Of a DNA stretch of 64,000 nucleotides, positions 25,701 to 40,004 are shown piece after piece; the first letter of the stretch is position 1, and each line of letters opens with the position of its first letter. The position numbers and the translations under genes were made by a program. This DNA comes from Camelus dromedarius (taxonomy: Eukaryota). Location: the NCBI RefSeq assembly GCF_036321535.1, contig NC_087436.1, positions 100,814,001-100,878,000 on the forward strand, read 5' to 3'. The notes below the pieces were generated by a model that saw only the letters and a program-made list of their open reading frames with translations, was not told where the DNA came from and searched no databases.

Positions 25701-28549
25701 GAGGATATTAAACTCAGAGTCTGGAACAGGGGTAGTTGACAAATAATTGTGGCTTTTGTTATTATTATTTTTATTGTTATCATTCTGAAAGCGTCAACTG
25801 AAACTAATATTAAGACATTTCTAGGCTTTCCACCAGTTTCCTCCTAAACTCACAAGTTAACTAGAATTAACATCACTTACATTACAGCCAATGAAAAAGA
25901 AATCTAAGTAAATTGATTTTTCATCATAAGCACAGGATCTGCCATCATCTCACTCCTTTCTAGTTCTTTACATATCTATAGACTTTTATTCTATTTCACC
26001 AAGACATGCTCTTTATTTGAAACTTCTTAGTAATTGCCTAGGTTTTAAAATGTATACTACAGCTAAGTATGCAGGGGGCTATTTGTTTTCAGCTGAAAAA
26101 TTAACAATATTAATGTCACCTTACATATGTAGAAATTGAGATGCTGCATAAAAACAGTAAAAAGGGCAGGCAGAGGATGTATGTGTGTGTTTGTTTTGTA
26201 TTAATTGATCATTACATATTAAACTCAGAACATAGTAATCAGTAATGGGTCTAAGGAAGTTTAAAGCAAAGAACATTTTGGTGTATATTAATGTACATTA
26301 TTCTCAAAGCAGCAATAGGGGTGAGTATTGTTTCTTGTATATTACAGATTTCAAAACACATACTCAAAGTTATGCCAAAATGTGTCATAAATAGTGACGC
26401 TAATCTTCAAAGAAGGGGATTATGACCCACTTTTTTGGCTCTTGGCTTTATTATAAATCATAGTACCTTTTCATGAACAATAAATAAAGATGCCTATTAA
26501 TCAGCAATCTGCCACTCAAAATTAGTGCATTAGTGAATGTTGAGTCTGCTGAGACATGCTGAATGATTTAGCAGAAAATGTGCTCAATTACTTCCAAGAA
26601 TATTGTTCCATAACTACATGTAATGTCACTCTTGAAGTCCTTCAGTATCGAGACATAACTTTCCTTATTAAACAGAGATCTCAATAGCAAAACTAAGATA
26701 TCATGGTAAATGTTTTACTTATCTTAGGAGTCTTGAGATTTTATCAATCTTGGGAGTCTTGGGAGGCACTGTTCTCTCCCTAGCATTCCTGTAACAAGCA
26801 ATCTGGGAAAGGTGCTGAAGAAACTGCAGATTCTTTATCTCTATCTCCAATTCCATCTCTATTTTTATCTCTATCTATATCTTTATAACAAGACCAATAG
26901 GATGGGGATGTAAATAAATACAAGAAGCAATGAAGTAAAAGAAAAAAATAATCCTCTGTGGTCAAATAACCTCTGTGGGTTTTATTTTTTTAATTAAAAA
27001 AAAAAAAAGCAAACTCCTGTGGATTCAAGAAAGAAAATGAGCAAATGTCTATTTTTCATCCTTAACTTAATTCATTCTTCTGTTGTGAGGAAGAGTGAGA
27101 TGTGAGGCAAGCATCCAGGATGATTTTGTGAAACTCTCTTCTATAGAAAATGAGAAATAAATAAATGATATTTACCTCCCAAATCAGAGTTTAGGGAATA
27201 GAGAGATGATTCTGAGCAGGAAAAAATCAGAGAAAGTGGCAGGGAACCTGAGGTTGATCCAGGCATCGTACCGTGGGCAGGATTCGGACGAGTACGTACT
27301 GAGTTTGAGGAAGCACACATTTGGGGAATGGGGAGAGATGACCTAGCAACTGAAATCTACCAGGCAAGTTCAGAAACAGTGAAAATGCCTAAGTAGGACA
27401 TAGGGAAGACATGAAGAGATTAAGGAAGATTCAACTGGAAAGGTAGGAAGATAAAACTGTATGAATAGAGCACAGAGAATATGCATCTATTTTCCGGCAC
27501 TTGACTTTTTTTCTTCAGTCAATATTATTAAGCACATATTACAGGTATTAAGATGAAAACATTCAATAAAAGGGAGGTGATAGGTAAGCTCTTACATGGC
27601 TCTTTAGAAACAGCCCTGGGGCTCTAGACCACAGACACTGTAGAATAATCCTCAGGGTGCCACAATCAGAATCAATAAGCTAAATTGTTTTCCACCTTTG
27701 GGTCATCCTCTGAATTGGAGAAAGAGTTAAGTTGGCCCAACATGATTCACCTACCCAGCACATGGCCAGGGGAAAATGGAGACCCTTAACTGCAGACAAC
27801 TGCAAAGGAAAACTGAGGTGATCGTACCAAAGGAAGGTAGGAGGAGTGCTTGGTTGATAAAAAGAGCAGACGTTCACCACCAGTGATGTATCAAAAAGTG
27901 TGTAAGAAAGATTAAATAATATACAGTGTGGGTGTGAAAAATGGCACTAAAAAGTAGAGCTGGGTGATGGGATTGAAGGAAGTCTGCCCTTCCTCCTCCT
28001 TGTGCTCCAGGAATACTGAACATCCAGGGTATAACCTCTGACTTCTTTGATTCTCTTACTTTTAACCTTTAGCATCACTGTTCACTTTGCTTGGAATATT
28101 TATTTTCCTCTAACTATATAACTACTCTTAATCTTTCCAGGTTAACCTTTAATGAAACTTCTTTTATCAGCCTCCCCAGTTGCTTCAGTCAGATTAGTCT
28201 TTTTATATCATATATATGTATTTCTCTACTGTGGTACTTATATCTGCATTTACTATTACCTATGTTCCGACTAACACACCCTTTAAATTAATGGAGCATG
28301 TCTTATTCAATTCTGTATCTTCAGCATTAAGCATAATTGCAAATAGTTGTGGAAATATATATGATATGATGCCTGTAGCATCCTTCCACCACTAAAAACT
28401 GCAGTTGCAAGGATTTCCTTCTGGTTTGGTTACTATATTTGCCTTCATCTCACCATACACTCAAGTGATTCTAGCAGAATGACCTGAAAGCAGCCAGCAG
28501 GATGACCATCAAACTTTGAGCTCAATCATTCTCTGTAACTCAGTCAGAC

Positions 28550-28645
28550 TATCAACAGAACTGAGTCTGAAGACTATTAATTGAATTAAATCCGTTTTGA
28601 AATAGCCCCATGTGACTAGTGGCTATCATATTGGACAGAGCATGT
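28550..28645. mobile_element. MER3/MER33-like hAT fragment
   Basis: aaatagccccatgtgactagtggctatcatattggacagagca. Confidence 0.6.
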
Positions 28646-31600
28646 CTGAAAAGTACAATTATTGGCCACAACAGCAAGAATGGCAGCAGAGGCAGAGATG
28701 AATCAAGTCACAGCTGTGGTTAAGAACAGATTAGGGGACCCACAGCAGTCAGGAGATGAACAGAAGTGTTGAAACTGGATGGTATCATGACTTTTCAGTA
28801 CCCTGAGGGATAGGGCGTCAGCTGCTAAGATGGACCCTGAGCTTTCTTACCTCTCACTAGTAAGACAACCTGAGAATGTCTCAGTTCATTGAAACAGGAC
28901 ACTAAATCATTCAATTGTTCAATCAAAATATTCAGATTTTTTTTTTCAAGAAGGAAGACAGAGAGCAACCTTTGGTTGGTTCCTCCCTTTGTTACCACCA
29001 TCTCCATTGCACCAACTCCCTATCCTCTCCCTCTCCGCCCCCAAACACCCACATCCCCTTCCTCCTCTATCATTTCCCCATCCTGAATTTCTTTCAATTC
29101 TTCAAATTTCATGCTCTCTCAGACCCTGTCCTTTATAAACAGTTTTGTTTTTTTTTTTTTTTTTTTTGCCTGATAAAAACCTCTTCCTTCCTCACTCCCA
29201 TCTAGCCATCCTCATTCCTGATCTTGGGTACCTCTGGGTGCCTATTCTTACTGCAAAAGTCTAAGGTTGATGCTTCACAAGTTATACTAAACAACTTTTA
29301 TTTTCTCATCATTGCCCACATCAAGTTCTTACCGGTTTCAGTGTTGTCTACCTCTGGCTAATTCCAACAATTTTATAACTCTCTAAGAGAAGTGACCATC
29401 CCTATTTTGCTCATTGAATCCCAAATATCCATCACTGTGTTTGATAGACCTCATATATTTTTGTTAAGTAAATAAATTACATCCAGATTTTCTGGAGAAA
29501 ATGCACAATATAAAACATTTCAAGGGGAAAAGATACATGAATGCTTTTTCTGCCAGGATAGGATACATTTTTCAAAATTTTATTCTGACCTAAACTATCC
29601 TTATGGATCTGAAAGAGAAGAGAAATACCTTTCCAAACCAGAATGACAATGACCGTTTTAATAGACAGCTTTTCCAGAAGGTCGTTTCCCTGCACAATTG
29701 GAGAAGACTGAGAAGCAACATCACGTCTTTGAGAAGATGTCACTGAAATACAAACTTTCTCATTTGAATCATAGCCTAGAAATTACGCTGGACCTCACAC
29801 GGTTATAACCAAGACTTACCTATTGGCTAAAGTTGAATCAAATTACAGATAAAGCCTATGTTTAGAACCAGGAGGAACATCTAGATATTCCTAGATGGAA
29901 ATTAACCATAATGTGAGTGAAATAAACCCGTTCCACCTGATTCCTCTATGCTGGTTATTTTAAGCCTGTGTGGAAAGACTGACACCTCTGGGAATTCTTT
30001 GCCATGGTTATGGGGGAGCAGGAAGTGCAGAGATCAAGGATTTTTTTTCTCTGTAAGTCTGATGAAACAAGCAGTGCAAATGCCATTTCCAAATTCCTGT
30101 CTGGCAATTTGGTTCCAATCCACTATCCTGAATAATCTTATATTTGTAATTCAGGTTGAAATCAAACCTGAGTATATCCTTCTGTTTACATATCTTCCTG
30201 CCCTTCTTGAAGAGTTAAAGTATAAATTGGCGCCTTCACCTCCATTGAAACACCAAAGTGATGCACGATTCTTTGTCAGTGTTGGGTCTGATTACAATAG
30301 AGCGAAGATTACTTTTCCACCTGTGACACTGTCTTTATAATAGTCTGACTTACATTTACAGTCAAGTGGGAGTGTTTCTCTGATGACTTAGAGCCTTTAG
30401 ACCTGAGGATAACAAAATGCTGGCTGTGAAACTCATATAAATCCTAAGCAGAGAGAAAAATCAAATCACCTGTTAAACTATTTGTTTTCATCTAATAAAA
30501 AAAAATGAGCCTGGAGTATTCCAGGCAATTTAAGAAAGGAAGTCAACAAGCAATATATTAAATATCTCACTATGCTTCCTAGTAATTGACATAGCAGAAG
30601 CATAGCTCGAATTTTACAAAAAAGACGGTTCACTGAAGGATGTTTCTTTGGATTAGGGCTATATTGCTCGTTCTGTTCACCCTCTCTTTGCCGATAACAT
30701 CTATAGCCTTGAAGCAAATTTTCCAATATGGTCACATTCTCATTTGCCCTTTTTATTCCTTAAACCATCTAGGGACTGACAGTATCCTTCATTAGGATTG
30801 AAAATTTATCTTTTCCTTTCTTCAGTTATGCTCCCAGATTACTTTAGTCAGTGACAACGTTGATTGTTTCTGGAGGAGGCATAGATTTTTATAGTAGCTA
30901 TTTTTAGTAGAGCTATATTTAACATAGCTATTTTTCAAAAGCTTCATTTCTGAAGGTTTAACAAAAATCAAATAGCCCTGACTACTACACAGTCATCATC
31001 TACAATAATTCCCAGATTGAAGGTTCAGAGACAGTCATATTAGAAAACATATATTGAAATAATATGATTGATAAACTGAAGCTCTCATCCATGTTTTCTG
31101 TGTTGATCAAACCTTAGGCAATAGGTTCATTGTAATGGTTGATTTTTTTTTTCTTGCTTTGTTTTATGTTACTTTCCTCAAAATATAAACTTCATGTTTA
31201 ATTTACAGGCTTAGCAGTCTTCATATTAAGGCTTTGTATAAAAATTATTTCCTTTGTGCTAGTTTGGTAACAGCAGTCTCTGAAATTACTTAGCATAACA
31301 TATTTACTTTGCTGGAATGGAAAATAGCTAATGTCAAATGTTACAAAAAGTTTATAATCTAAGCTTTTTTTTTAAAGTACAATTTCCTTTGGGAGTAATT
31401 ATCAGATGAAAAGTGTTCAATGTTTTAAAATTAAAATGTTTCTCTTATTATTCTTAAGTTATTCACTCAACAGCACACAATTTTAGGATACTTCAAAATG
31501 TTCAATTTTTGATATTGTTAATGTAAAACATATACATGTGTACAATTTGGAAAACATAAAAAAGAACTAAAAAAAAAATCACCTCATTCCGAGAATGTCA

Positions 31601-32194
31601 TTAAATTCAGCACAGTATTTCTTATTTTTATTTTATGTATATCATGCTCTAAATATAAAACTTCTTACTATTTGTTACTTAGTGTAAACAAAATACATAC
31701 ATAAAAGAATCAGACCTTATCCATTGCATTTAAATGGAAGTATATTTAACGCTTTTGAGCCAATAGATACAAGCAAACCTCCCACCTCTAAACCAAACTG
31801 GGAATTTCCAGAATAAGACACTCTTTTTATTTACTTATGAAGTGGACAGTGATGACTCCTGCATTGAGATTATGAGCTCTTTTCCTGCTGTGGATTTCAT
31901 GCCCATAGACCTGCATCTCTTACGGTGTCTGCCTTTTGCGATCTAGGAATGAGATTGTTACATGGCTGGTCAATGGGAAGGAATGAGCCTGATACCAAAG
32001 TGATCACGTAGCCTAACGTTTGAGGGTTATTATTAGTGACTTCGATGGATAAAGCCATAAACCAGCATCGTCCAGATCAGACAGCAACGCACTTAAGGAG
32101 TAAGAAAAGAATTTCGGTGATGAATTCTAAAAATTGGTCTCAGTTGAAGCAGTTTTGGGTATATGCCAGGATGTACTGATGTATTGATGTATAT

Positions 32195-32432
32195 ACAGTT
32201 TGAACAAACCGTAATACCCTGATCAAATCCAGCCCACTGTCAGCCTTTATATGTCTCCTCGGCAAAGAATGGTATTTATGTATTTAAATGATTGGAAAAA
32301 AAAAACCAGGCATTTGTTTTCTCTCTTCTCATATAAATACCTACACAGTATCCTTGATTTTTCTTATTGAATTGAGAAGCCTAAAATGTTTGCTATCTAG
32401 CCCTTTATAGAAAGTCTGTGTGTGCTGGTGTC
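32195..32432. mobile_element. MER58-like hAT DNA transposon
   Basis: caaatccagcccactg...aagaatggt...cctaaaatgtttgctatctagccctttatagaaa. Confidence 0.7.
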
Positions 32433-35400
32433 TCCTAGTTCAATCATTCACGTTGTTTAAGGGGCTTTGCTTCTTATCCAAATCTCTGATTTGATTTTTC
32501 TCACAACTGAGTAAAATACGAACCTCTGTAAAGAAAACCAAAAATTCCCTTTGGACTCCAGAGAATATAATCATTCACACAATTGATGGATAAATACTGA
32601 CTTACAAATGTACATTTTATTCTATTAAATTCAGCTTCAACTGAGAATTATTACTGAAAACTATTTATGCTGAAGTATTACTTTGATCACAGTCTTAATA
32701 AAACTCAAAACTTTAAAAATTCGTGTAGATTACCTGGAATTCTAAAGCTCTGTGGTCTCTTACTGGATCACAAATTTCAGCTGAAGAAACATCATTCTAA
32801 TATAATCCACCATCACCATAGGGTCTGGAAAAATACTCAAATAATTGTTTCTCTCTTAAAGGACGTTGTTAAAACTATAAGTAAATGACCTAGCCATCTA
32901 CTTACCTTATTTCTTTACTTTTTCCTAGTATTTTTTGCTCTGACTTACTTTTCATAAATGTATTATAAAATGGTCTAAATACATGGTCAAACTTTTACAA
33001 CAATCCATAAAACTGTAATAAAAATATTCCATGTACTATTGCATAAAACACACTTAGAAAAAAACTGACATTATCCTATCAAGTTTCTATGAATTTTACT
33101 AAGTCTGAGATGCTGTAATGTACTTTCAATTAAATTACCAAAATAAAACATCTTGTTTTTATCTCCTTCTTTGGATTGCTCATCCAGGTGTTTATTTTAA
33201 TGGATGATTTTTTTTTAAATGTTAGGCACCTTGATTAACATTTTTATTTTTCAAGCCTATTCTAATCTCTAAGATTGTATCTGCATTTCTCTGTTGACCT
33301 CATTCATCTTTCTTATGACCTTTTTGGTGTTAATCAATTGAGTCATAACTTTTAGTAGAAAAGAATAAAACGGAATATCACAAGTAAACTCTAATTTTGG
33401 CCTAGCATCATCTGAGAGTGTTGGGGGCAAATTTTACTTTTATGAACAATTGAGCATCTTCTACGTCTTCCCCCAGGAGGTTCAGTAAACAGACAAAATT
33501 ATTTCTTTGTGGGTCACACATATTAAATTCAACCAATGAATAAAATTTACATTTAAGAGCAGCGTGACAGGAAAAATAATAATAAAGTTAAGGCTAAAGA
33601 AGAACATACATTTTTAGCTTTTCACATTTTACATTCATATCCTCTCCTCACTCCCTGCAGCTTAGAAAATTTGTATTATCTTGGTTAATCACCTTCCTCC
33701 ATGCAGTTTTATAAACAAGTATTAGAGTCGGGATAAAGATAAGAGAAAATAAACAAAAGTTCAGTCCCCATTCACTCTGCCTCCTAAGAACTCAAGTAGT
33801 GATATTGTAAATTTCCATTAAAATAAAGCTGATTGGGTTGCAAATCCTCTAGTTCTCGCTTAGCTACCTAACATCCCCACCATCTCATGGGATACTAGGT
33901 TTGCTCCTGGAAGGGAAAACACGGAGCAAATAAACTTCTCAGAGTATGGCAATGGACTTTGAGATGAGGACACAAAAAGGTTAAATGTAAAGACAGAAAA
34001 AGTACGAAACAAAATCTCAATAAACAGATTTCTTTGTGAAATCAGCCCACTGAAGCCAAAGTAAGTTTGGGGATTCTACAATTATCTGGTCAATTTTGAT
34101 AGTGCTGACTGTTGGTTGTGGTCATTCAATAGTCCCCGAACCTTGACTGACTATTCAGCCAGCCAAAGGCAAAGAGTCCTCATTGCCTGGTGGATCAGGC
34201 CAAGGGTTTCAGCAGGAAAATCAGGCTATGATGTTTTCAAGGTCTACAATGTCCTGCCAGAAACCCAAAAGCAAGTTACAGTTACTGCCAGGGTATGTCG
34301 TGCAAAGTTAAGTGAAGAAAATTACCTAACAATCTGAATAATTAGTGACCCTCATTCCCACTTTACCAAATGCCTATTTTATTCAGGTGAGTGGGGGAGC
34401 GTTCTTCTTCCTCGTCATTCTGCTAAATCATGCAAAATGATTTCATTGGTACCTAAGCTAGTAGAGAGAAAATGCTAATAGTAGCAGAACTTTGTGTTCA
34501 ATTTGATTTCAATCGAAGAAAAATATAATGAAAGTAATATCCTTCATACATGGCTCTTCTAATAGATTCTTCAGCTTATATCACAGATATTATGGGAATT
34601 TTGCAGTCAATCTTATAAAAACACTTGTAAACCATAATGGGTGCTACATATGTACTTGTGCTAAGTCAAGCTTCTAAGGAACTAGATGGAACTCTTCAAC
34701 AAATCAGAGGAGGAGAGATAATCAGACCTAAGTCCTGGAAGCAATATACACAATTTTTGTTGACCTTCTTTATGTATATCTTATTTCTAAAATGGATTGC
34801 TGTATTTGTACATGTTTGAGAGCTTAAAAGATATTTTAACCAAAGAATCTAATCTCAGGCTAAAGAGTAATGTATATTCGTCAAATCTAAATAGAGAATT
34901 TAGAAGAAAAACACATAGTGATTTTGTTTTATGTTCTCTTCTAATGATTTATGTACTGGTGTTTGGTTCCCATCATTAGATGAGTGCAAAGCCAAATGAA
35001 CGCACGTGTTATTTGTCATTTGTTCACCTCATTACAACTTGAGGCAGACTTTCTCATCATACCTCACCCTTAATTCCTTCTTGAGGGAAGGAAGACTTCC
35101 AGCCAAAATCAATTCACAAAGATATCTTTGAGTTAAGAAAGAATGTGTCATTCTAGATAAAGTATCTTGAATTTTCAATCAAGAGAAGGAAAAATGGTAG
35201 AGACACTTCAAGGCAAGCATCTTTAGAATTCCAATTTTTTTTCATATTGGTGGGTTCTAGAAATACTGTTGTGAGATAGGGCAAAACTTCCTTTCAGTCA
35301 GTTAGTTTCTATAGAAAGTATTTCCTTTCTCTTTTTAAATCTCTGAGTTGGGTTGGGGAAGAGAAGTTGCTTGTTTGAATAGATAACAATTTAATAAACA

Positions 35401-36089
35401 AAGAAGATAACTGCTATGGTTAGGGTTATAATCTGACAATAAAGAGTAAACACAATTACTTAAAAAAGAGAGAGAGAAAGATAGTAAATGATTGAAAAAA
35501 ATATAAACAGTAGAGAAAGTCCAGCTAAAGAAAAAAAATGAGTCAGGTAAAAATTCTAGTTTTTGCTTCAAGTTTTTTTCTCTATCTCTCACATGAGATA
35601 AGGTCATTTTCTTAGTGTCTAACTTTTTTGTACTCATCATTATTTTATATTAAAAACAAATATTTCCTTTACAAAGATAATTTTGACTCAGAATTAATTT
35701 TATCTGAAATGTGAAATTTCTCAAGATGACACCTAAAAAAAAAAAAATCAATCTTTACATTACTGATAAGTTCTTTTACTGTACACTGAAGATTTCAAAG
35801 CCAGCTGGGTAACTATCTCAGGAATTATTTTGGTGAAACTGAAGAATCTAAGTTCTCCTCCATTATAAGGCAAAGTAATATAACAGTTATGCCCAGTGCC
35901 CTCAGAATTAACAATTACTGCAGCATCATCTTCCTTACTCCATCTTAGTTTAGCAGAAATCAAGCCATTCTAAATCAAACTGGTCCATGCATCCATTCAC
36001 TTCTCGTCCAATCAAAACGGAATTACCTGTCAACAGAGAAGTACACTTACAAGTGTTAAACCATTTGACCATGTTATATTTTAATTTGC

Positions 36090-39000
36090 AGAGACAAAAA
36101 TGACAAGCAATTTATTTACATAAAACTGTACAAAAGCAAATTAAATTATGTAAAGTATTTCATAAATATTTGGACGAGTGTTTAATACATTTCGCCATGT
36201 TTAGCATAGTTACGTGCATAGTGACTCGTAATAAACGATGATAAATTGTTCTCTGCTTCACTATCAACATCCAAGTAGCAGAACAATAGTCAATGATTAA
36301 CATTACAAACGGATCGTACCACACTGAATGCAAGTGCTTTAAAACGTAGGAAAAGTCATCTGAAAGTAAACCCTAGGTAGCTGAAAAAATGATGCCTTCC
36401 TCCGGATGTTATATATACCTCCGCCCAGGTCACAACTGATCTTTACTTTACTCATGATCATCTTCACTCTTTTCTTTTCTTTTCCTTTTTTTTTTCCCCT
36501 TAAGAACACATTGCATATTTATCACTGATACAATATACCTAAAACTACTGATGTCTTCAGATTTCTCGTGCCTGTTTTAGGACAGCTGTTTGATTCTTAG
36601 CAGTTTCTTCTGCTCTTTGTGTTTTATTTTCCTATAGGACAGCTTCCTAGGGTAGCCTTTCAGCCAGACATCTTCAGTACCATCTTAATTTTTCTTCCCA
36701 TAAAAATAATGCCTCCCTTGTTTTCTGAAACTCAGGCAGCAGGCCAGTCAGAAACTGTACAGAAATGGTATCTGGAGGTTCAGAATGAACCTTAGGTTTT
36801 AGACTGAAGCTACAGACGTTTTAATACGCTGAAATGTATATAGTTACTCAATTTATAAGTGTGTCCTAATGTATAATGCATGCAAAGTTCACTGAGCTTC
36901 TTGTGCACAGGAAACAGTTATGGTTTATATACTGTACAACCAAAATGAGACAGCAGCTAAAAGAAAAATAACAAAAAGAAGAAAGAATAGAAATGGTAAA
37001 TCAGTATTTTACCTTGCAAAATGGACTGACTTCACCCTGATTCTCTCTGTTTTACTATTACAATAAATGCTTTAGCCTTCTAGTTGGAATTAAGCAGCCC
37101 ATATTAATGCCTTGATTTTGTTTTATGAATGAATGATATTTAAGACTGGTCCACTATCTGAGTTTGTCAGAAGGCAAATTTTTAATATATTATTTACTAT
37201 TTTCAGAAAATAAACATGGATAAATATACAGGATCAAAAAAGTTGGGAATAGCCCATTTCCCCTCATTGTCCAAACCCAACAACCGTTTTTCTACCATAA
37301 TAACAGGTATAAAAGGCACAGTTGCTTATTTTGCATTCACTCATTTATTTTTTTTTTGTTCTTTTTTATTGATTTTTTTCAAAAGCACTCTATATATGGA
37401 GTGGCACCAGATTTAACCTACTCAAAATAAAAGTCATACAAACACAAAATATATTTCTGTGTCATGCCAGCTCATTATAATAATAAACATGTTATGATAG
37501 CTAATTCTACTAGAATTACTGCGAATACTTACAGTACACTGAATTTTATTCTTTCACACCCATTTTAGTTCTAAAGAGGCTCACGAGTTAAATGACAATA
37601 ACATGGCTGTCTTGAATGTGGTGCAAACGTCATTGGGGAATGTGGATCCAATTAATCCAAAGGTCCCGTATGACCCGTATTAGCTTCATAGACAACAGAA
37701 GGGTTTTAAGATAGAATGAAGTGAGCTATCTAAATGCTTCAAGTGTCTCATGAAACAAAGAAAAAAAAAAGCATTAAAAGAATCTGTTGAACACCTGTGT
37801 TAAGCAATTGAATATTTCTTTTGTAACGTGCAAGAAAAATATGTATACATTTCATAAGTATCTTTAGAAGTATTTTGTCTTAATAGGTACTTACAGATTA
37901 TACAAGGCAGAACTGCTTTAATGCAGTTTCCTAACAAAGTACTACAATTGCATCTTTCCATAATGTAAATAATAATCAAACATAAACATGTTCAATTATT
38001 GATATTTTAGTCCAATGTTTTTGTTTCTTCAATTACATATCTTCTTTCATCCTAACTATTATACATAAACTAACATCAAAATGAAAACTCCGTTTAAGAG
38101 AGAGCATAAGGAAATGACCCCGGAAGAACACCCCACCAAACAGAGAAGTGATTTTCAAAGATAAGCATTAATGACCTAGAGTGAATTAACAACCTTCATT
38201 CCAGGCTGCTTCACCTTGTTGACTAAGAAATACTGCAAAGCATGAAACTACCCAAAGCTACATTATTTCTACAGTTCGCTAGAGAGCCGTCAAGGCTACG
38301 TCTTATTCCAAACATTCAGTGACTGGAACGTTTACTCTCTTCACCTGTTATCCCCTAGTTTGTCCCTGGATTGTCACTTTTGTCTGAATGTCCCAGCTCA
38401 ATTTCCAACCATATTAGATCATCCTCCATAGAGCCAGTGACTCAAAATCTGCATATTCTTTTTTTATTTTTTATATTATACTGAAAAAACTGCCTATGTC
38501 TCATCTTTGAGATGGGCAAACCACCAGACATGTCACTGCCCAGAACTCATTTCTTTCATGTTCAGTCTAGATTGGTTTTAAGAGATATATTAAATAACCT
38601 TCCAACCACATTAGTGACAAGTCAATTAGGGTGTCATCTTGCTTCAAAGTTGTGAGTCTTGAAATAGTGCCAAATTGCACAGGATTCAAAATTAATGCAC
38701 TTTTGTTACATGGAAGTGTGCACTGAACACGTAAAAATGCACTTGATAATTTGAAATATGGATAATAAGACCAGCAAGCATAACTTGGATTCTAAAATGA
38801 TAATAGTGGATTTAAAGACTATTCACCAATGCATCTTTCCTTCTCTACCTACCCACAGATATGATTTTAAAAAGTAGAATCTTTCCTGATAATATTTTTG
38901 AAACTAAATTTTAACCTCAACTAATTGCCTATTATAATACCAAAACTATGTCTCATTGACTTTTCATTTTCTGAACTTTCAAAAATCCATTTTAAAAGAA

Positions 39001-40004
39001 AATGCATGTTTTTCTGGGTATAGAGATTATGTAAAATAAACCAGCATATGAGGATTTCTGTGGGTGCCTGGGTTCAGTTGCTTTTGCTGCTTAATGGATT
39101 TCCATGTCAAGACCAAATTTACTTCATGATTTCCCTGATCTGCCATATGATCTTTGGCCTTTTAATGACACAATTGTTCCAGTTAGTTGATAATAGTGAT
39201 GCTGTTCTGAAATATATATATATAATTTTTACAAGTTACGACTAGTGTAATTGATACATGTAGTCAAGATTGTGCATGTACTAAGAATATTCAATAAATG
39301 TATGTGATTGAAGTTGATGCTCCTGACTTGAGAAAAACGACATACGCTGATTTGGGACTGCAATCTCCAACTGGGTGTTGTTTAGCTCTCAGCCTTTGTT
39401 GGAATATTAAAGCTGTGATCTTCCCCCAAGGGCTTCTTATAGAGTCCTCCTCCCTAAGGTTTGTACCTTTAAAGGAACTCTATCATTTTTGAGGGATTGC
39501 CTTCCATGGTGATTAATCATATTCGGATCGTGTCTGAAACTTTTTTTTACCTGAACTGCTCTTTTTGATCAACCAGATGACATTCGAACTAAATCAAAGT
39601 GACTAAAATCATGCTTCAGCTTAGGGATAATGAGAGTGCGTTGTGTTCTGCTGATCAGGCTTGTTACCAGGAATGAACTTTGCAACCGTCTTCCTGTAGT
39701 TGTTGCTGCTGTTTTGTTTTTTGGAGGGGGGCGGGGAAGAGAGATCGGGTGTCGGGAATCGGTGAGGGGGTTAAACATGCAAGTAACAAGGATGGTTTCT
39801 ACATTGTACATTACAATCAGGCTGCACAGTATCACTCACTAACGGCCTGATCTGGAGGCAGAAGTGGCGGGCAAAGCTCTGTCTCTTTGGTAGCCCCCTC
39901 TTGTGATTACACGGTTTTGCTTTGTAAGTTTTTTTTTTTTTTTTTTTGCCCCTTTATTCTCCTTCTCATATGTGAAAAGAAATTTGTGGTTGCTTCTTTA
40001 CAGC
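36090..40004 (-). other. PCDH7: PCDH7 long 3' UTR (distal end approximate)
   Basis: AU-rich sequence with no recognised repeats downstream of the stop codon, ending at an AATAAA (36116-36111) followed by U/GU-rich sequence. More proximal AATAAA hexamers also exist (e.g. 37344-37349, 37365-37370, 37545-37550). Confidence 0.7.
36111..36116 (-). terminator. Candidate distal polyadenylation signal AATAAA of PCDH7
   Basis: Plus-strand tttatt. The minus-strand context is TGTAAATAAATTGCTTGTCATTTTTGTCTC, with upstream UGUA elements. Confidence 0.6.

Noticed and set aside
27291..27300. Perfect palindrome AGTACGTACT
   Set aside because: 10-bp palindromes are expected many times by chance in 64 kb.
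29948..30340. 130-aa ORF
   Set aside because: No recognisable domain or coding-like composition; consistent with chance.
31606..31614. TTCAGCAC RE1/NRSE half-site
   Set aside because: The right half-site (GGACAG) is absent.
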